Shown: positions 39,482-53,200 of the stretch, one piece after another | How the letters are laid out: every line of letters begins with the position of its first letter | Position numbering within the stretch: the first letter of the stretch is position 1 | The notes under the pieces: model-generated | The model's input: only the letters and a program-made list of their open reading frames with translations | Databases searched by the model: none | Told to the model about the DNA's origin: nothing | From: Nageia nagi | Lineage: Eukaryota > Plantae > Pinophyta | Direction of reading: 5' to 3' | Assembly: GCA_050084985.1 (NCBI GenBank) | Contig: JBITNC010000001.1 | Coordinates: 150,412,001-150,476,000 of the forward strand | DNA length: 64,000 nucleotides | Translations under genes and position numbers: made by a program

Positions 39482-39625
39482 AAGTGATAGAAGTGCTTAT
39501 CAGGTGATAGAAGTGCATGTAGGGTGATATAAGTGCTTTTTCAATGATATAAGTACTTTTTAGGTGATAAAAGTGCTTATCAGATGATTAAAATGTTAAT
39601 CAAGTGATAGAAGTATTTGTCAGGT
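39482..39625. repeat. 20 bp tandem repeat (gtgatagaagtgct) in the 3' LTR
   Basis: About 7 units here versus about 2 at the homologous position (33635-33675) of the 5' LTR. Confidence 0.8.
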
Positions 39626-41632
39626 GCAAGAAAATCAATAATTGATTTCATCAATTGGAAGACCTAGTGTTTAGTGGAAAAACCCTTCCTTTGATTTCTG
39701 AGGCATGGGAAGCTTTGTTTTGCTAACATCATAGTGTGGAAGGTTCATCACTCAATGGAAAAGACCTTGCCTTACACTTTCTCATGGTCCAGTAACACTA
39801 ATATTGATGTCATTATCATAACCATCTGGCACTCAATGAATAAGCTCATTAAGTTTTGCTTTAGAGGTTATGGCTAAATAAATATTAATTTCATAATCTT
39901 AAAGATAAAACAAAAGTGTTTAAGTTGCTTACCAAGTGTAGGAAACCTTGTTGATGATATCATGCTAAAAAAGGGTCCGAAAAGACTATTAAGGATAGAT
40001 ATTATTTAGTTGGCCTCCAAAGGGCCTAGGAAGACTGTTATTTGATCCAATATAATGAGTTAAGGACTAAATTCACTATTTTAGGTTCTAAAAATATTGA
40101 ACTTCATGTTGAATCATTGTAACTGCCCATGCCATGTGTGTAAGGGAAGTTAAAGAGGTTTGAGGTCTTATGGAATCAGTTGGGAAAGTTGATCAACGGT
40201 GAGAAATCCATGAGGTGTTTATTTTGATTAAAATATATTTAGCTTCTTCATTGAAGGATAGGAAAAAAATTTGGCATTATCCATTCATAGAGAAGATAGG
40301 TGAAAGAGAGAACAAACATATTTTATGTCTATACAATAGAGAGTATATTTTAGTTATGTAGAAGGAGTTTCAAGATGGGGAGTTGTGAAATATGACCTCC
40401 ACTTGGTTGAATGAAATGTTATCATACAATGGATAAAATCAAAATACTCTTGAATTTATTATATATTCTATGTTATTCATTTTATGTACTTGAATGTAGA
40501 ATGAACACTATTTTGTAAGAGTAATATTGAAGGCATGGAGTATTGCTAATATAGCAGATAATAAATTTTATAAACTTTATTTTTGAGGATCCATGTAAGC
40601 CATATGCTTCTTATGATTACATATCAAAAGATGAGATGCTGAGAATAAGACAAAAAGAGGGAGAAATGCTTGAATATTATATTGAGAAATTCCAACTTAA
40701 TCTTCATAGATCAAAACATTCAACTTTAAACCAAGAAACTTTAAAAGTGATCTTCTTAAGTGGAATCTCATATGAATACATTAAGGCATTAAATTTAATT
40801 GTAAGAGGAGATATTATCCAAAATGCACTAAGAGACATGTAAAACATGAATATCCTCTAGATAAAATAAAAATCTATAATATATACTAATTTGAGCATAA
40901 AACAAAATATTTACCTATGAATCTAAAATTAAAAAATACTTACAAAATAGGATTACAAGGATTTGAGGATGCTAACTTCATAATATAGAGGAAAATGGGA
41001 TATATGCCTGTTCAACTTAGGTAATATCACAAGCAATTATTAAGTAGAATCCATAGTTTTAGTATACTCAAGGCCAACAAAATTTTTGGGTACCTGAATA
41101 AAGAAAAGAAAAGACTCATGGAATCCATAATGGTAGCATTATCAACAACTATCTAGTTCTTAATGGTATATTTATCAGTAGACACAATGTTAATATCCTC
41201 AACAAACATGGAATTCATAACCATAGTGGCAATAATAATGATGCCTACCTTCCCTTATTTATATCGTACTTCCACAATAAAGACCTCAATTGTAGTTACC
41301 TATTCTTCCTCTTTTTAATCCAAATAACAAAGGATGAAAAGTGTTTGTATAGGAATATTAATCACCTTACACAATCAATATAATACAATTGAGATCTAAG
41401 AAAATTATTCTAGATAGAAGCACTTCGATAATTAAAGAACAAGAGGATGAAAAAGTAAAGGTTCCATCATAACCACTTATTATTCTACCATAAATAATAA
41501 GTGTTAGATAAGTAACCACCATTTTCATAAATATTAACACAACATAAGAATCCTACAAAACCTTAATTAATATTTTGGGAGAATTAAGGATCGTGTGTGT
41601 TAAGATAACATAGTTATAAGCAATTAAGGATG

Positions 41633-42848
41633 TTCTTATTTATACTTAGATTGTACAATAATTATACCTATAAGAATAAATAAATGCACCAAAATAGTAT
41701 ATGTAATTTGGAAATTAGTTAATGTCATGTTAGGAAAAGTGATTACACCTAAATATGTTGACATTGGAAGTTTAGTTGTGAATGTTCATATTGTTGGCAT
41801 ATTAATTCAAAAGTTCTTATTGATTTAGGGGAAATTATAAATGTAATTACATGAGAAACAATGGATCAATTATCATTATATAACCTTTTATATATCCCAT
41901 TAGTTCTACATATGGTTCATAGATCTATAATAATTTTTGAAGGCATAATATAAGATGTTTGCATTATTGTTGATTCTAGGAGTATCTAGTTGATTTTATA
42001 GTGTTAAAACCCAAGTCCAACTTGAGAGGATATCCTATTATCCTAGGTCAACAATTATTGGTAACAAAACATGGTTATATAGTGATCTATAAAACCTGAT
42101 AAGCTACGTTATTATTAGATTTATCAAATACAATTTTTTTTCCAAATTTTTTAAATGACGTACTTAAAAGTAAATGGTTCATTAGTGGTCTAAATATCAC
42201 AAAAATGGGCCACTGGTAGTCCTAATTAGGTATATTTCATTCTTATTTATACTAAGGTTGTACAATAATTATACCTATAAGAACAAAGAAATATGGTCCC
42301 AAAATAATATATGTAATTAGGAAATTAGTTAATCTCATGTTAGGAAAAGTGATTATACATAAATATGTTGACATTGGAATTATAGTTGTGAATGTTCATA
42401 TTGTTTGCATATTGATTGAAAAGTGCTTGTTGATTTAGGGGAAATTATAAATGTAATGACATGAGAAACAATGGATCAATTATCATTATATAATCTTTGA
42501 TATATCCCATTATTTTTACAAATGGTTCATAGATATATAATAATTTTTGAAGGCATAATATAATATATTACCATTATTGTTGATTCCTAGGAATATCTAG
42601 TTCATTTTATAGTGTTAAATCCCAAGTCCAAATTGGGAGGATATCCTATTATCCTAGGTCAACAATTGTTGGTAACAAAAAATGGTAGTATAGTGATCTA
42701 TAAAACCTGATAAGCTATGTTATTATGATATTTATCAAACATAGTTTTTTTCCAAATTTTTTAAATGACCTACTTAAAGTAAATGGCTCCTTAGCAATCT
42801 AAATATCACAAAAATGGGTCATTGGTAGTCCTAATTAGGTATATTTCA
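41633..42848. repeat. ~608 bp tandem segmental duplication
   Basis: 41633-42239 is repeated at 42240-42848. Each copy holds the protease region plus the first ~155 bp of the neighbouring LTR (starts at 42083 and 42694). Confidence 0.92.
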
Positions 42849-45800
42849 ATCTTAAAAGTTAAGATTCCACTATATGATGAAAATAGAAATTAACTAATAG
42901 TAATGAAATTTAATCACACAATTTTGACATAGGAAAATTCATATAGGTTCTTCCTAATGTGGAAGTACATCCAATTTAACAACTACTTCTCATTATGGGG
43001 ATGGAATGGACCATTACAATTGATATAATATGGAATAATATTTTCATAACAAGAGTAGGAATATTCCTTATTTATTTTGCAATCTTCCTTGATCTTCTTG
43101 AATTAGATTTATCTTCTCCAAAACCCTAGATATAATTAACAACTTGCCAACCTATCAACAATCTCAAATCAAAGTATCCTATAAAATATATATCTTCAAA
43201 CACTCTAACTCCTAAAAATGACTTTAACTAGTTTAATTGTTAATGTAATGGTTGCAAGAAATAAATTACCGATAGCTTGGAGTTGATAAGAAAAGGATTG
43301 TTGGTAGTCTTCTTCTTGTAGTGTTACATCATAAAATTTCAAGGAAATGTTTAATCCTAAGAATGAATAATGGTGGTTATTTTCATATTCACTCCAAATA
43401 ATTAAACTTCAAAAATGACCCTTTTTGGATCACACCTCCCTAATGAGGAGGCATTGTTTTCCCAAAAAACTACTTTTGAAGAAGATTAGAAAATTAATCC
43501 CCCACATTCATACTAGCATACCATTTATCTTTGCTATGAAATTATCCCTTCATTCCAATCAATCAAATCTCTTTTTGAGCCCTCCTTGTGTTATGAATCT
43601 TCTTTTGCAAATTTGAGTCTTCTCCCAAAATATTCATGGTTCTAGGAACTACTTCAACTACTGGTAAAACCTGATTTATTTCTTATTCTTCTTCAGTCAA
43701 CATGGATGGATAAAGTAATTTCAAGTTCTCCATGTTCATAACTGAATAAATATTTATATAAGTAGGTAGGTCCAATCTAAATGCATTTACACTTACTTGT
43801 TCTACAATATCAAATATTTCATACCTTATATGTTAGTCCTTGCAACCTATCCTTATTGAGATGCAACTAAATTTTGTCTCCCACCTGAAACTTATGGTCA
43901 ACTCTATGTTTTTTATACATCAACTTCTAATTGGATTGACTAATAATATCAATGATTTTTTAGCTTGTTCTTCTTCCTTTAAAATTGAAATTTCTTTACC
44001 CTTTTATTGCCTAAAAACACAATCAAAAGGTGATGATGTACGATAACCAAATGATGTCTCAAATGATTTCTTTCTTATATAAGTTTAAATTTCCTTGTTG
44101 TATGAATGTTCAATATAAATAATATGTTCATCCCAAGTCTTGGAATTCTTACCATAATAACTGCTCAAAAGTTGAATAGTTTACCACTTTACCACTTTGA
44201 TTTGGTCATCTATTTGAGGATGAAAAGAGGTACTTGTATTCAACCATGAATCCATTCTTTCCCACAAACAATTCCAAAATTTTCCTAATAATTTTGAATT
44301 CCCATTTGAAATAATTGAGCTAGGAAAACTAAAATTAACCCACACATTAGTAATGAAAAGATATACAACTTCTTATCCTATAATGATCTTCTTACATGGA
44401 ATTCAAATACACATCGTGTTAAATCTATCAATCAAAATAAATAAATAATATATACCCTTTTTGACATAGATATTCCACATACAAAATCTATATAGATACT
44501 CTCCCAAGGGTGATTTGGTACTAGAAGTGACTGATACACACCCAATTTCTTATTACTAGGCTTGCTTGTACAATAGATGTCACATCATCTAATGTACTTT
44601 GCAACTTTATCTTGCATCCTAGGGAAATACACATACCTTTACAAATTTGTAGTTATCTTCCCAACTCCAAAATAATAAACAATTTAAGATGTATGTGTCT
44701 CTTTGATCAACTAAATTCTTTCACATCTCTTAAGAACACACAAAACATTAAACTTCTAGATAAGTCCATTCTTGATGTGATATTCATCCATAACTTTATA
44801 ATTTAGTGTAGTTGACTATTTCAACTTCTGATATACCTCTTTGAAATTTTCATTTGCATGCATGCCTCCTAAAAAGCATCCTAAATAAAAGGACAAAACT
44901 TAATAAAAGTTAGATAATAAAAATTATGCTACTAGAGGACCATTGGAGGTCCTTTTTCATGTAGAATTAGGACTGTTAATGATGTCATTCCCTATAGCAG
45001 GAGGTCTAGAAAGCATATCATTTATCTTGTTTATGCTACCCTTCTTGTATTTCAAAACTAGATGGAATTGTTACAAAAATTCCATCCAATGATAGTGTCT
45101 TGTTTATTACAACTTTGATTGAGTTTGCAAGTATTGCAATGGATGATGATCAATATGAATAATTATCTCCTTTCCCATTATATAATTCTTCTATTTCTTC
45201 ATTGTTTTAACTAGATCAAATATGTACTTTTCATATGTATGATAGTTCAAAATTACCCTACTAAACTTATCAGAATGGTAACAAATAGGTGTCCTTCCTT
45301 GCATCAAAACCAATTCCATAGTATAGTTACTAGCATAAATCCTAATCTCAAAATGTTGTTGCAAATTAGGGAGTGTTAAAACATATGCATTGCTAATTTT
45401 ATGCTTTATCATTTCAAATAATGTTTTTTTCTTCTTTCCCCTTGAAACACTTTGCCTCTTATGTCTTATGCCATGCAAAGTTGAAGCAATATTAGAAAAG
45501 TTAACAATAAACTTCCTAAGATATTTAATAACTCTAAGAAAACTCCTAATTTATATCATATTTATTGGCATTGGCTAATCCATAATGTCTCTTACCTTTT
45601 TATAATATATATTAAGTTTTTTGCAACCAATAATGTGGCCTAAATACACCAAAGATTGCTTACCAAACTTATACTTGCTCATTTTCAACAACTTTTCTTT
45701 TTGCAAAGTTTGAAGCACTTGTCTAAGATGTAAAAATGATCTTCCCATGTATGGATATACATAAGAATATCATCCAAGTATAAATAAAAAATAAATAATG

Positions 45801-48714
45801 TAAGGTCTAAGGAATTCATTCATTACCCTCCTAAATGTGGTTGGTGCATTACACGAACTAAAAGTAAAAATAAGACATTTAAATAGGCCTTGTCTTATTT
45901 TTGAAGTATATTTTTCAAATCCTCTTCTTTTATCCTCACTTGGTAATAACCACTTATTATATCTATCGTGGTAAATAATATTCCCCCTTGCAATTGATCC
46001 ATGAGATCATCTATCCTAGGGTAATGGATGGCAATTCTTAATGTTGATTTTTTTTCAAATTCCTATAATCAATGTACATTCTCCATATACCATATATATT
46101 TGGCATGAAAATAACTATTAAACCACATGGAGATGCACTAGGTATGATCATACTCTAATTAAATAGCTCTTGAATCCAATTCTTTATCTCCTCACACTCC
46201 AAAACTAATTATCTATACAATCCTATATTTTGAAGAGGTGCATCAAGTAACAACTAGATCTCATGTTGTATATTCTGCTTAGGTGGTAGTCATGTTAGCT
46301 CAACAAACACCTCTTAAAACTCCTGAGCAAGTCTTTGCATCTAATCCTACTATAAATGGACCATTGATGGCCCAAATTTTGTATGGTATACTATTGTTAG
46401 TCCACTTATGATAGTTTTTTTTCCCTAGATTTTGACCATGAACGGTATAAATTTCTTGCATTAATCAATCTTTTCACCTAGTTGTTTTTATCAAAGAAAT
46501 CTATTTATTTATTTTATGGGCATGAAAATTGTAGGAATTTCAATCATTTATCAATCTATATTGATTATTCCTCTTAAAATAAATGGCATCTCCATCCTAC
46601 AAATATGGATTTACAAACACAACACCACATATATCCAAAGGAACAACATCAACTATCACTTCATCAATGTAACATGTATTAATACCAAATTTCAACTTAT
46701 ATTACTTAGTGAACTACAACTTGGAATCATTATGCACCCACCCCAAAGGATATGGATGAGGATTATTATATATCTTCAATATCAACTTGCTCACTAAACT
46801 TTCAACGATTAAATTTTCTTGAGAATTAGGATAAAAATATAATCAACTCTCACCTTACATGCTTGGATCTACATATGTAATAGTTATGTTTCTTTATCCT
46901 TAATGTGTTTATCATATCCAACTATTTATATTGATGTACAATTGAGTTTATTATCAAGATCAAAACTATCCTCAACATCCTCACTCATGGTGATCATTGC
47001 ATTCTTATTTTTTAGATCATTCTTCTTTCTCTAGGGATACAATTTGGGATGAAGCTTCCAACACTTATCATCTACATGCCCATATTTTTCATAATATGGA
47101 AAATTTCTATTATCACCTTCTTTATTTTTGGTATTGGTGGTATTTCTTTCTTATTTATTTCCTTTACTTTTGTCTTGATATTGTATTGTTACCTTTGTCT
47201 TCCATCTTCTTCCAAATATTGAGCTTGCATAGTCACTTGATCAAGATTGGTAGGATTAAACAACATGATAGTCTTTTATAAATGATTATGTAACCCTCCA
47301 TTGTACTTTATCAAAACTTGAGGATCTTTGAAAGAAATCCTAATCAAAGTTGCTTATTTTCAAAGTTTTAAGGTGTATTCTTGGATTGATTATCCCTTTT
47401 TTGTCTAAAAAATTTCCATTTCATGAGTTGAATATTTTGATAACCCAATGGATAGAATTGCTCTCTTAGTAGATTATTGAATTCATCCCAAGAAGAGATA
47501 GGTGTTTGGTTTTCATGCTTGAGGGATTTGATATGGATATCCCACCACATAAATTTTCAAAGTAAATTTGCTAAACATCATCAATAATACCTTGAATTTG
47601 AAAATATACCTCCAATTATTTCAACCAATTATTGATATTCTCAACATATACCTCTTCTGTGAAAGTAGGAATTTCAACTTTGGCCTCTATCTTGAATGGT
47701 AATGAAGTAGTGACATGAGAAGGACCAATACCAATTGATGTTATGCTATCAAATTTAAGTGTTCTTTTCTCTTCCTTGGATTACCTTCCAAGCATAATGT
47801 CCATGATTATATCCATATTATTCTCCACTACAATAAATCCCCTCTCAAAATTAGAATCTAAAATTCCTGATTTAAGTTGCCTTCCTTCCTTATCATCCAT
47901 GGAATTTGCTCTTCTATGGCTTCTATCAATTTCAAGGTTAAGAGGAAGTACATTTTCTCTTTTAGACTATCTACCATGCATTCATAAGCCTCAATTCAAT
48001 ATTTCTTGTATACCATGTGATCTATAAAACCTTATAACCTATGCTATTCTAAGATTCATCAAATACATTTTTTTTTCAAAATTTTCATATGACCTACTTA
48101 AAATAAATGTGCCACTTTTGGTCATACTTAGGTAAATTTAATCTTTAAAATCTAATATGCAATTAGGTAGATTTCATCCTAAAATACAATATGTGATTTC
48201 ATAATATTAACAAAATTTAACTAATAGCAATGGCATATTTATACTAGTTACTCCCAATGTGGAAGTAATTCCGATTTAACAACTTATTCTCATTATGGGG
48301 ACCAAATGGACCATTATAATTGATAGAATATGGAACAATATGTCACAAAAATAATAGGAATATTTATTTTTAAATTTGAAATCTTCCCTAACCTCCTTAA
48401 ATAATATTTATCTTCTCCAAAATCTTAGTTCCAATCAACAACCTTAAATCGAATTTTCTTGAAGAATATATGGAAGATACAAGCTCTCCAACTCCTCAAA
48501 ATAACTCCAACTAATTTAACTTCCAATGTAACCACTGTAGGAAATGGAACACTCATGGATTAAAGTTTATAAGTAAATTATTGTTCATGGTATTCTTTGT
48601 GTGGTGCCATATCACCAAATTTCAAAGCAATATTTAATCCCAAGCATGAAAAATGGTAGTGATGTCATATTTACTCTTGATCATCAAACTCATAAAATGA
48701 ACCTTTTCAAATCA
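42694..48714 (-). mobile_element. Full-length degenerate Gypsy element (same pol family as 17471-23519)
   Basis: LTRs at 42694-43432 and 48018-48714. Exact TSD TATAG at 42689-42693 and 48715-48719. PPT complement cacctccc at 43433-43440. Degenerate PBS ending tacca at 48015. gag LLREQFYPLGY..MKWKFFRQK; RT YLDDILMY; RNase H LPNLQQHFEI..ASNY; integrase. Confidence 0.93.
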
Positions 48715-50261
48715 TATAGGATGTTGCATGAGACACATGAATATATCTAATGGTACATATAAAAATAGTTTAAATTTACACCTACTTGAAAGTCAATAAT
48801 TTATCAAGAAAATCCTCTTTGGGTGGACCAAATAGATAATGATATTGTTATAATGCCAATACTCATACTAGAATAATTTCCATTGATAAAACCATACAAT
48901 GAGGATAATATTCTTAGTATTCATATTTATAATATTCCTTATTCATATGAATCATGTTCTAGAGAGTTTTTTATTCAAAAATTTCTTTCTAAAGAGATTG
49001 GAGATGAGGAATTCCCTTCATTTTTATTATTGACATGAAAATATCTAAGAAAATAGTTGAAATTCTTCCAAATAAAACTCTCAAAATCAAAAACCAATTG
49101 GAATAAGAATAAGAAAAATAGACATTAAAAATATTAACAAAAAATATTGGATCATTTCATGGACTTTTTAGGATATGAAATGTATTAACCCTCATGTTTG
49201 TTGATCTATAATCACTTGAAGCCTATGCCTTACTAGGATCCTTAAATTCAAATTTTCCTTTCTTAGGGTTTAATATTATTCTTTTATTTCATAAAATTCC
49301 ATGTATATGTGATGCAATTACTAAAATAAATGAAGTAACAACAATACTAGGAATAGAAAACACACACAAATTTGACACAAAGATTTATAGTGGTTCCCCT
49401 TAATGTGATAATACATCTACTTCCAACAATTATTTGATTATTGAATTGACTAAATGAAGCATTAAAAAAATAAGATAAAAGTATTTTTATACCTACAAAA
49501 ATATAAAATCCATCCTCTAAATAGTTTGCAATACTTCTCAACCTCATTTATTAGTCTCATGATGATCTCAAGCATTAATAATGGCTCAAGAATATTTTAC
49601 AACTTCAAACTAGAATCAACTAGGTTCAACAACATCTACAATCACACATATAGAATGATATATCTTCAAATATATGGATCTTCACTTTAAAATTGACTAT
49701 TAAACTCCCCAAATGACCTAAAATGATAATAAATTCTTCAATTTCCCACTTTAGAAATCTTGATCCAACAATATCGATAATGTATAAGGTATGCAAGTAC
49801 GATGTTAATGCTATCCTTCCCATATATCTATATCATTAGATTACAATGGAATATACCAAACTCAGAGCATGAATATTACTATCATTTATCTTCATTCCAA
49901 GTTATCTAATCTCCAAAATAGACCCTTTAATATCATACCTCCTCAATTGAGAGGCTTTTTATCTTCAAAAGCTTACTTTTGAAGTACATGAAGAAATAAT
50001 TCCCCCACCTTGGTCTTGTCATACCACTTTTATTTATTAAGTATCTATCCTTTCAAACTTATCAACCACATTTCTTATTTTCCCCTCATTTTATTATGAT
50101 CCTTCTTTTGCAAAATTGAATCTTCCCATGTACATTCATAGTATTTGGAGATAATTCATCAATTGATGGCAAAACCTATCCCATTTCTTCCTCCTCTTCA
50201 CTGGTAATGGATGGCTCATACAACTTAAATTTCTCTATATTTACAACTAAATAAATATTCA

Positions 50262-53200
50262 TGTAACTTACAAAGCCATGGAATGAGGTGGTAAGGGTTT
50301 TAATGAGGTTTTTCAGGCTTCAAGGTTGATGCAATATAGTTTATGCATACCATTTTAGTTTATTAAACCATTTTAGATATAAGGAAGATAAGGTAGTGAA
50401 TTTTCCATTTTTCATTATGCTCTTAATGGATATTTCAATGAAAAAGTGTAAAGAGGATGAAAAAAAGATACCTTTTCATCAAGTATTGATCAAGATAGTG
50501 TATGAACTAACATTAAGTAGACAACCAAAGAAGACCCCTAAGATAAAAATCTCCAAGGGATCCATTGGTACACATTATCAAAAAGAGTAAAAATAAAGAT
50601 ACAAAAGGAAAAGGAAAGGATCAATGTTAGGGAAAAGATAATGCAATTAATAAGAAAACTAAAAATAATAGAACGTGCATGGTGAAAGAAGGGAAATGGG
50701 ACTCATAGTAACCATGAACATACAAGAAAAAAGCAAGAAAGGGGGAAGAAGAGAAAGGGCACTATATAGAAACAATTAACACAAGAAAAGGAGAATGAAG
50801 CAGATCTCAAGAAGCAACCAATTTTAGCTAGAATAATGGGAAAAAAGAGAAGGAAAGCTAAAAAAAATAAGAACCAATCCTCAACAACAAAAACCTTAAG
50901 TCATTAACCCAAAAAAATAGGAAAAATTAGATGGGAACTTTAGGATTCAAATACATGGGAATAGAAATGAATCATAAAATAATAAAAGAAGCACAATGCA
51001 AATAAAAGAGATGAAGAAGAAAACACCAAAGGAACCAATAGATATTAGGTTCATACTTGTACCTAGTAAGAGAAGATATAAGGCTATCTAAATTCAAATT
51101 CCCAAAGATAAGTGGATCCATAACAAGATGTTGGTAGAGGCCATCAAATTGAAAGGAGAGAAAATATGGCTTTTTGAATACATCCCACTAGTATCAACAC
51201 TTAGCACAAGGATGAATGAGAAGGTGTACATCAAAAATTTTAAGAATAAATATGAGGATAAGTGTAGATGCCTAAAAATGATTTATTATTTATTTAATAA
51301 ATCATATTTATACTCATTAAATGATTAATTGGAAATAATAAATAAATCAAGATAAAGTGTTATTATATTGCAATACCATGTGCTAGGACCAATGCAATAT
51401 CATATACCATGGGTTATATTTTAAATTTTCTTCAATATATAAAAGATTATTATTATTACTATGTGTCAATTTTTACTTCATTTTTGTTGCTTGTAGGTTA
51501 TAAATACGGAAGGTAAAGGTTGACATCCCTATCAAATCCCTTTGATAGATGGTTATCCCAAACATAAAACTTACAATGTCTCTTGATGCCACTTATCTTA
51601 AGAAAATTTTTATGCTCTTTGAGCTTTGTTATCTCTCCTTTACGTATGACACAAAACATCAAGTTCCATGTAGCCAGCAATGTATCATTACCATGTAGCT
51701 AGTAGCATGCACCCTTTAGATCAGGAGGTCTAGATTTCAAGGAATGAATCATGGTCCCATTCTAGAGAATATTTATTACGAGATCATTTGTAATCTGATC
51801 ACAATCCTTTGAAGATTCATTATTGTTCTACCTTGAGGATTGTACATAGGCTGGCTACTTGCTCCACTCTATATCAGGTTCATGCATTTCATGTATATTT
51901 ATTATGTATTTGATATAGAGATTAGCATTGTATAAATCATTCTATTCGTAGAATAATTTATTTATTTTTGTATTTATTAATTACATAATTATAAAGACAC
52001 CTCTGACTCTACATTGTTGCAATCATCTCGACATATCTATGTCGAGATAAAAGCAACTCATCATTCCCACTTTCATTTGTTTGGGTGGTTCAAGAGATGT
52101 GTGTGAGGGACACATAATTTACATGTGGGATGATGGTGTTAGCACAACTGTACAAGTATTTGTACAATATTTGCAAGCAATGATAAGTTTAACATGATAA
52201 TAGCACACATGGGCTTTCTCCAAATTTGGGCTTATGAGAAGATCATGATCTTTAGACTAGTTGGCTTACAGAGGGGTCAAGAGGACCCAAGTGATATTGC
52301 ACTAACATGTTGGGTGTCAAGGTCAAAGGTTTTCATAAGTGAGAGTACACAAGCACCAAACCTTTGTTGACAACAATGGGGAGATAAATAAGATGAAATA
52401 AAAAGTCAACAATTTCCTTTTTATAGTTATCTTGCAAATTAAAACTCTAAGGATTTCTCCCATTCACTTTTGGTCTAGTGAAATAATTATTTTTCATGTT
52501 TATTATGTTTGATATTACTTTTACACTATCAATGATGTTATTTTCTCCAAATTGGTTATCCATTCGATGTTCACCACTTTCAAATGGTAAAACTGAATAT
52601 TTTATTTCTTCACATTGAATATCTACTTATTTGTTGTTCTTATACATTGTTTAAATTTATTTGTATTAAATAGATACTACCATCAACATGGATTTAGTAA
52701 AATTGACAAAGATTTTAAAGGATCTACTTTAGTTTTCATTTTCATAGATTTTATTAAATGATTATTTTAAATATTGGATCATTGCAAATGTTAGAATTTT
52801 ATTGCTAAAGATCAAATTTCTTAGAATTATATGCTAATTTTTCAATTCTAAAATTATGCATGGTTTATGATTGCTATATACTTTAAAATTCATGTTTCAT
52901 TGCTAATTGGATGTGCCATTTATTTTCTAAAGATTAAATCATCTATTAAAGTGCTGCCAGTGGCATGGAAATGATATAATTAAGTGTGCTTTCAAATTAT
53001 TGCTATGATTACATAGTATTACAAGTTCAAAGTGATGAAGTATTTGCTTTTACAAGTATTTTTATAGGCAAATTGAATATCTGGTCAAATGTTGCTACTT
53101 TATGATGTACCTTGAAAATGTTATGATAAGTGGCAATGTTATTTTGAATCTGACATGATGCAAAATGATATGAATGATTGTTAATTATCTTTTAAATTTA

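Larger units (their letters stand above)
33497..40626 (+). mobile_element. Internally deleted Gypsy element (gag-protease only) containing a CACTA insertion
   Basis: LTRs at 33497-34696 and 39362-40626 (tgat..atca). Exact TSD AAAGA at 33492-33496 and 40627-40631. Degenerate PBS tagtactagagt at 34699-34710. PPT agggaggca. gag KIQVATLKLEGHTLVWWE; protease KIDALIDLSSQVNMIS, PYPLGW, LGSPYL. No RT or integrase. Confidence 0.93.
32863..49201 (+). mobile_element. Athila/Tat-like Gypsy scaffold (gag-protease-RT start) in three pieces: 32863-33496, 40632-42693, 48720-49201
   Basis: gag TFEFPIRE..FDILYQSYDY..KLKLFLATL..KYQDYCKGRETKD joins in frame to EMLRIRQKEGEMLEYYIEKFQLNLHRSK across the 33497-40631 insertion. 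Protease KYVDIGS.VVNV..LIDLGEIINV..DFIVLKPKSNLRGYPIILGQ joins GCCMRHMNISNG after 48719. No LTR visible. Confidence 0.85.
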
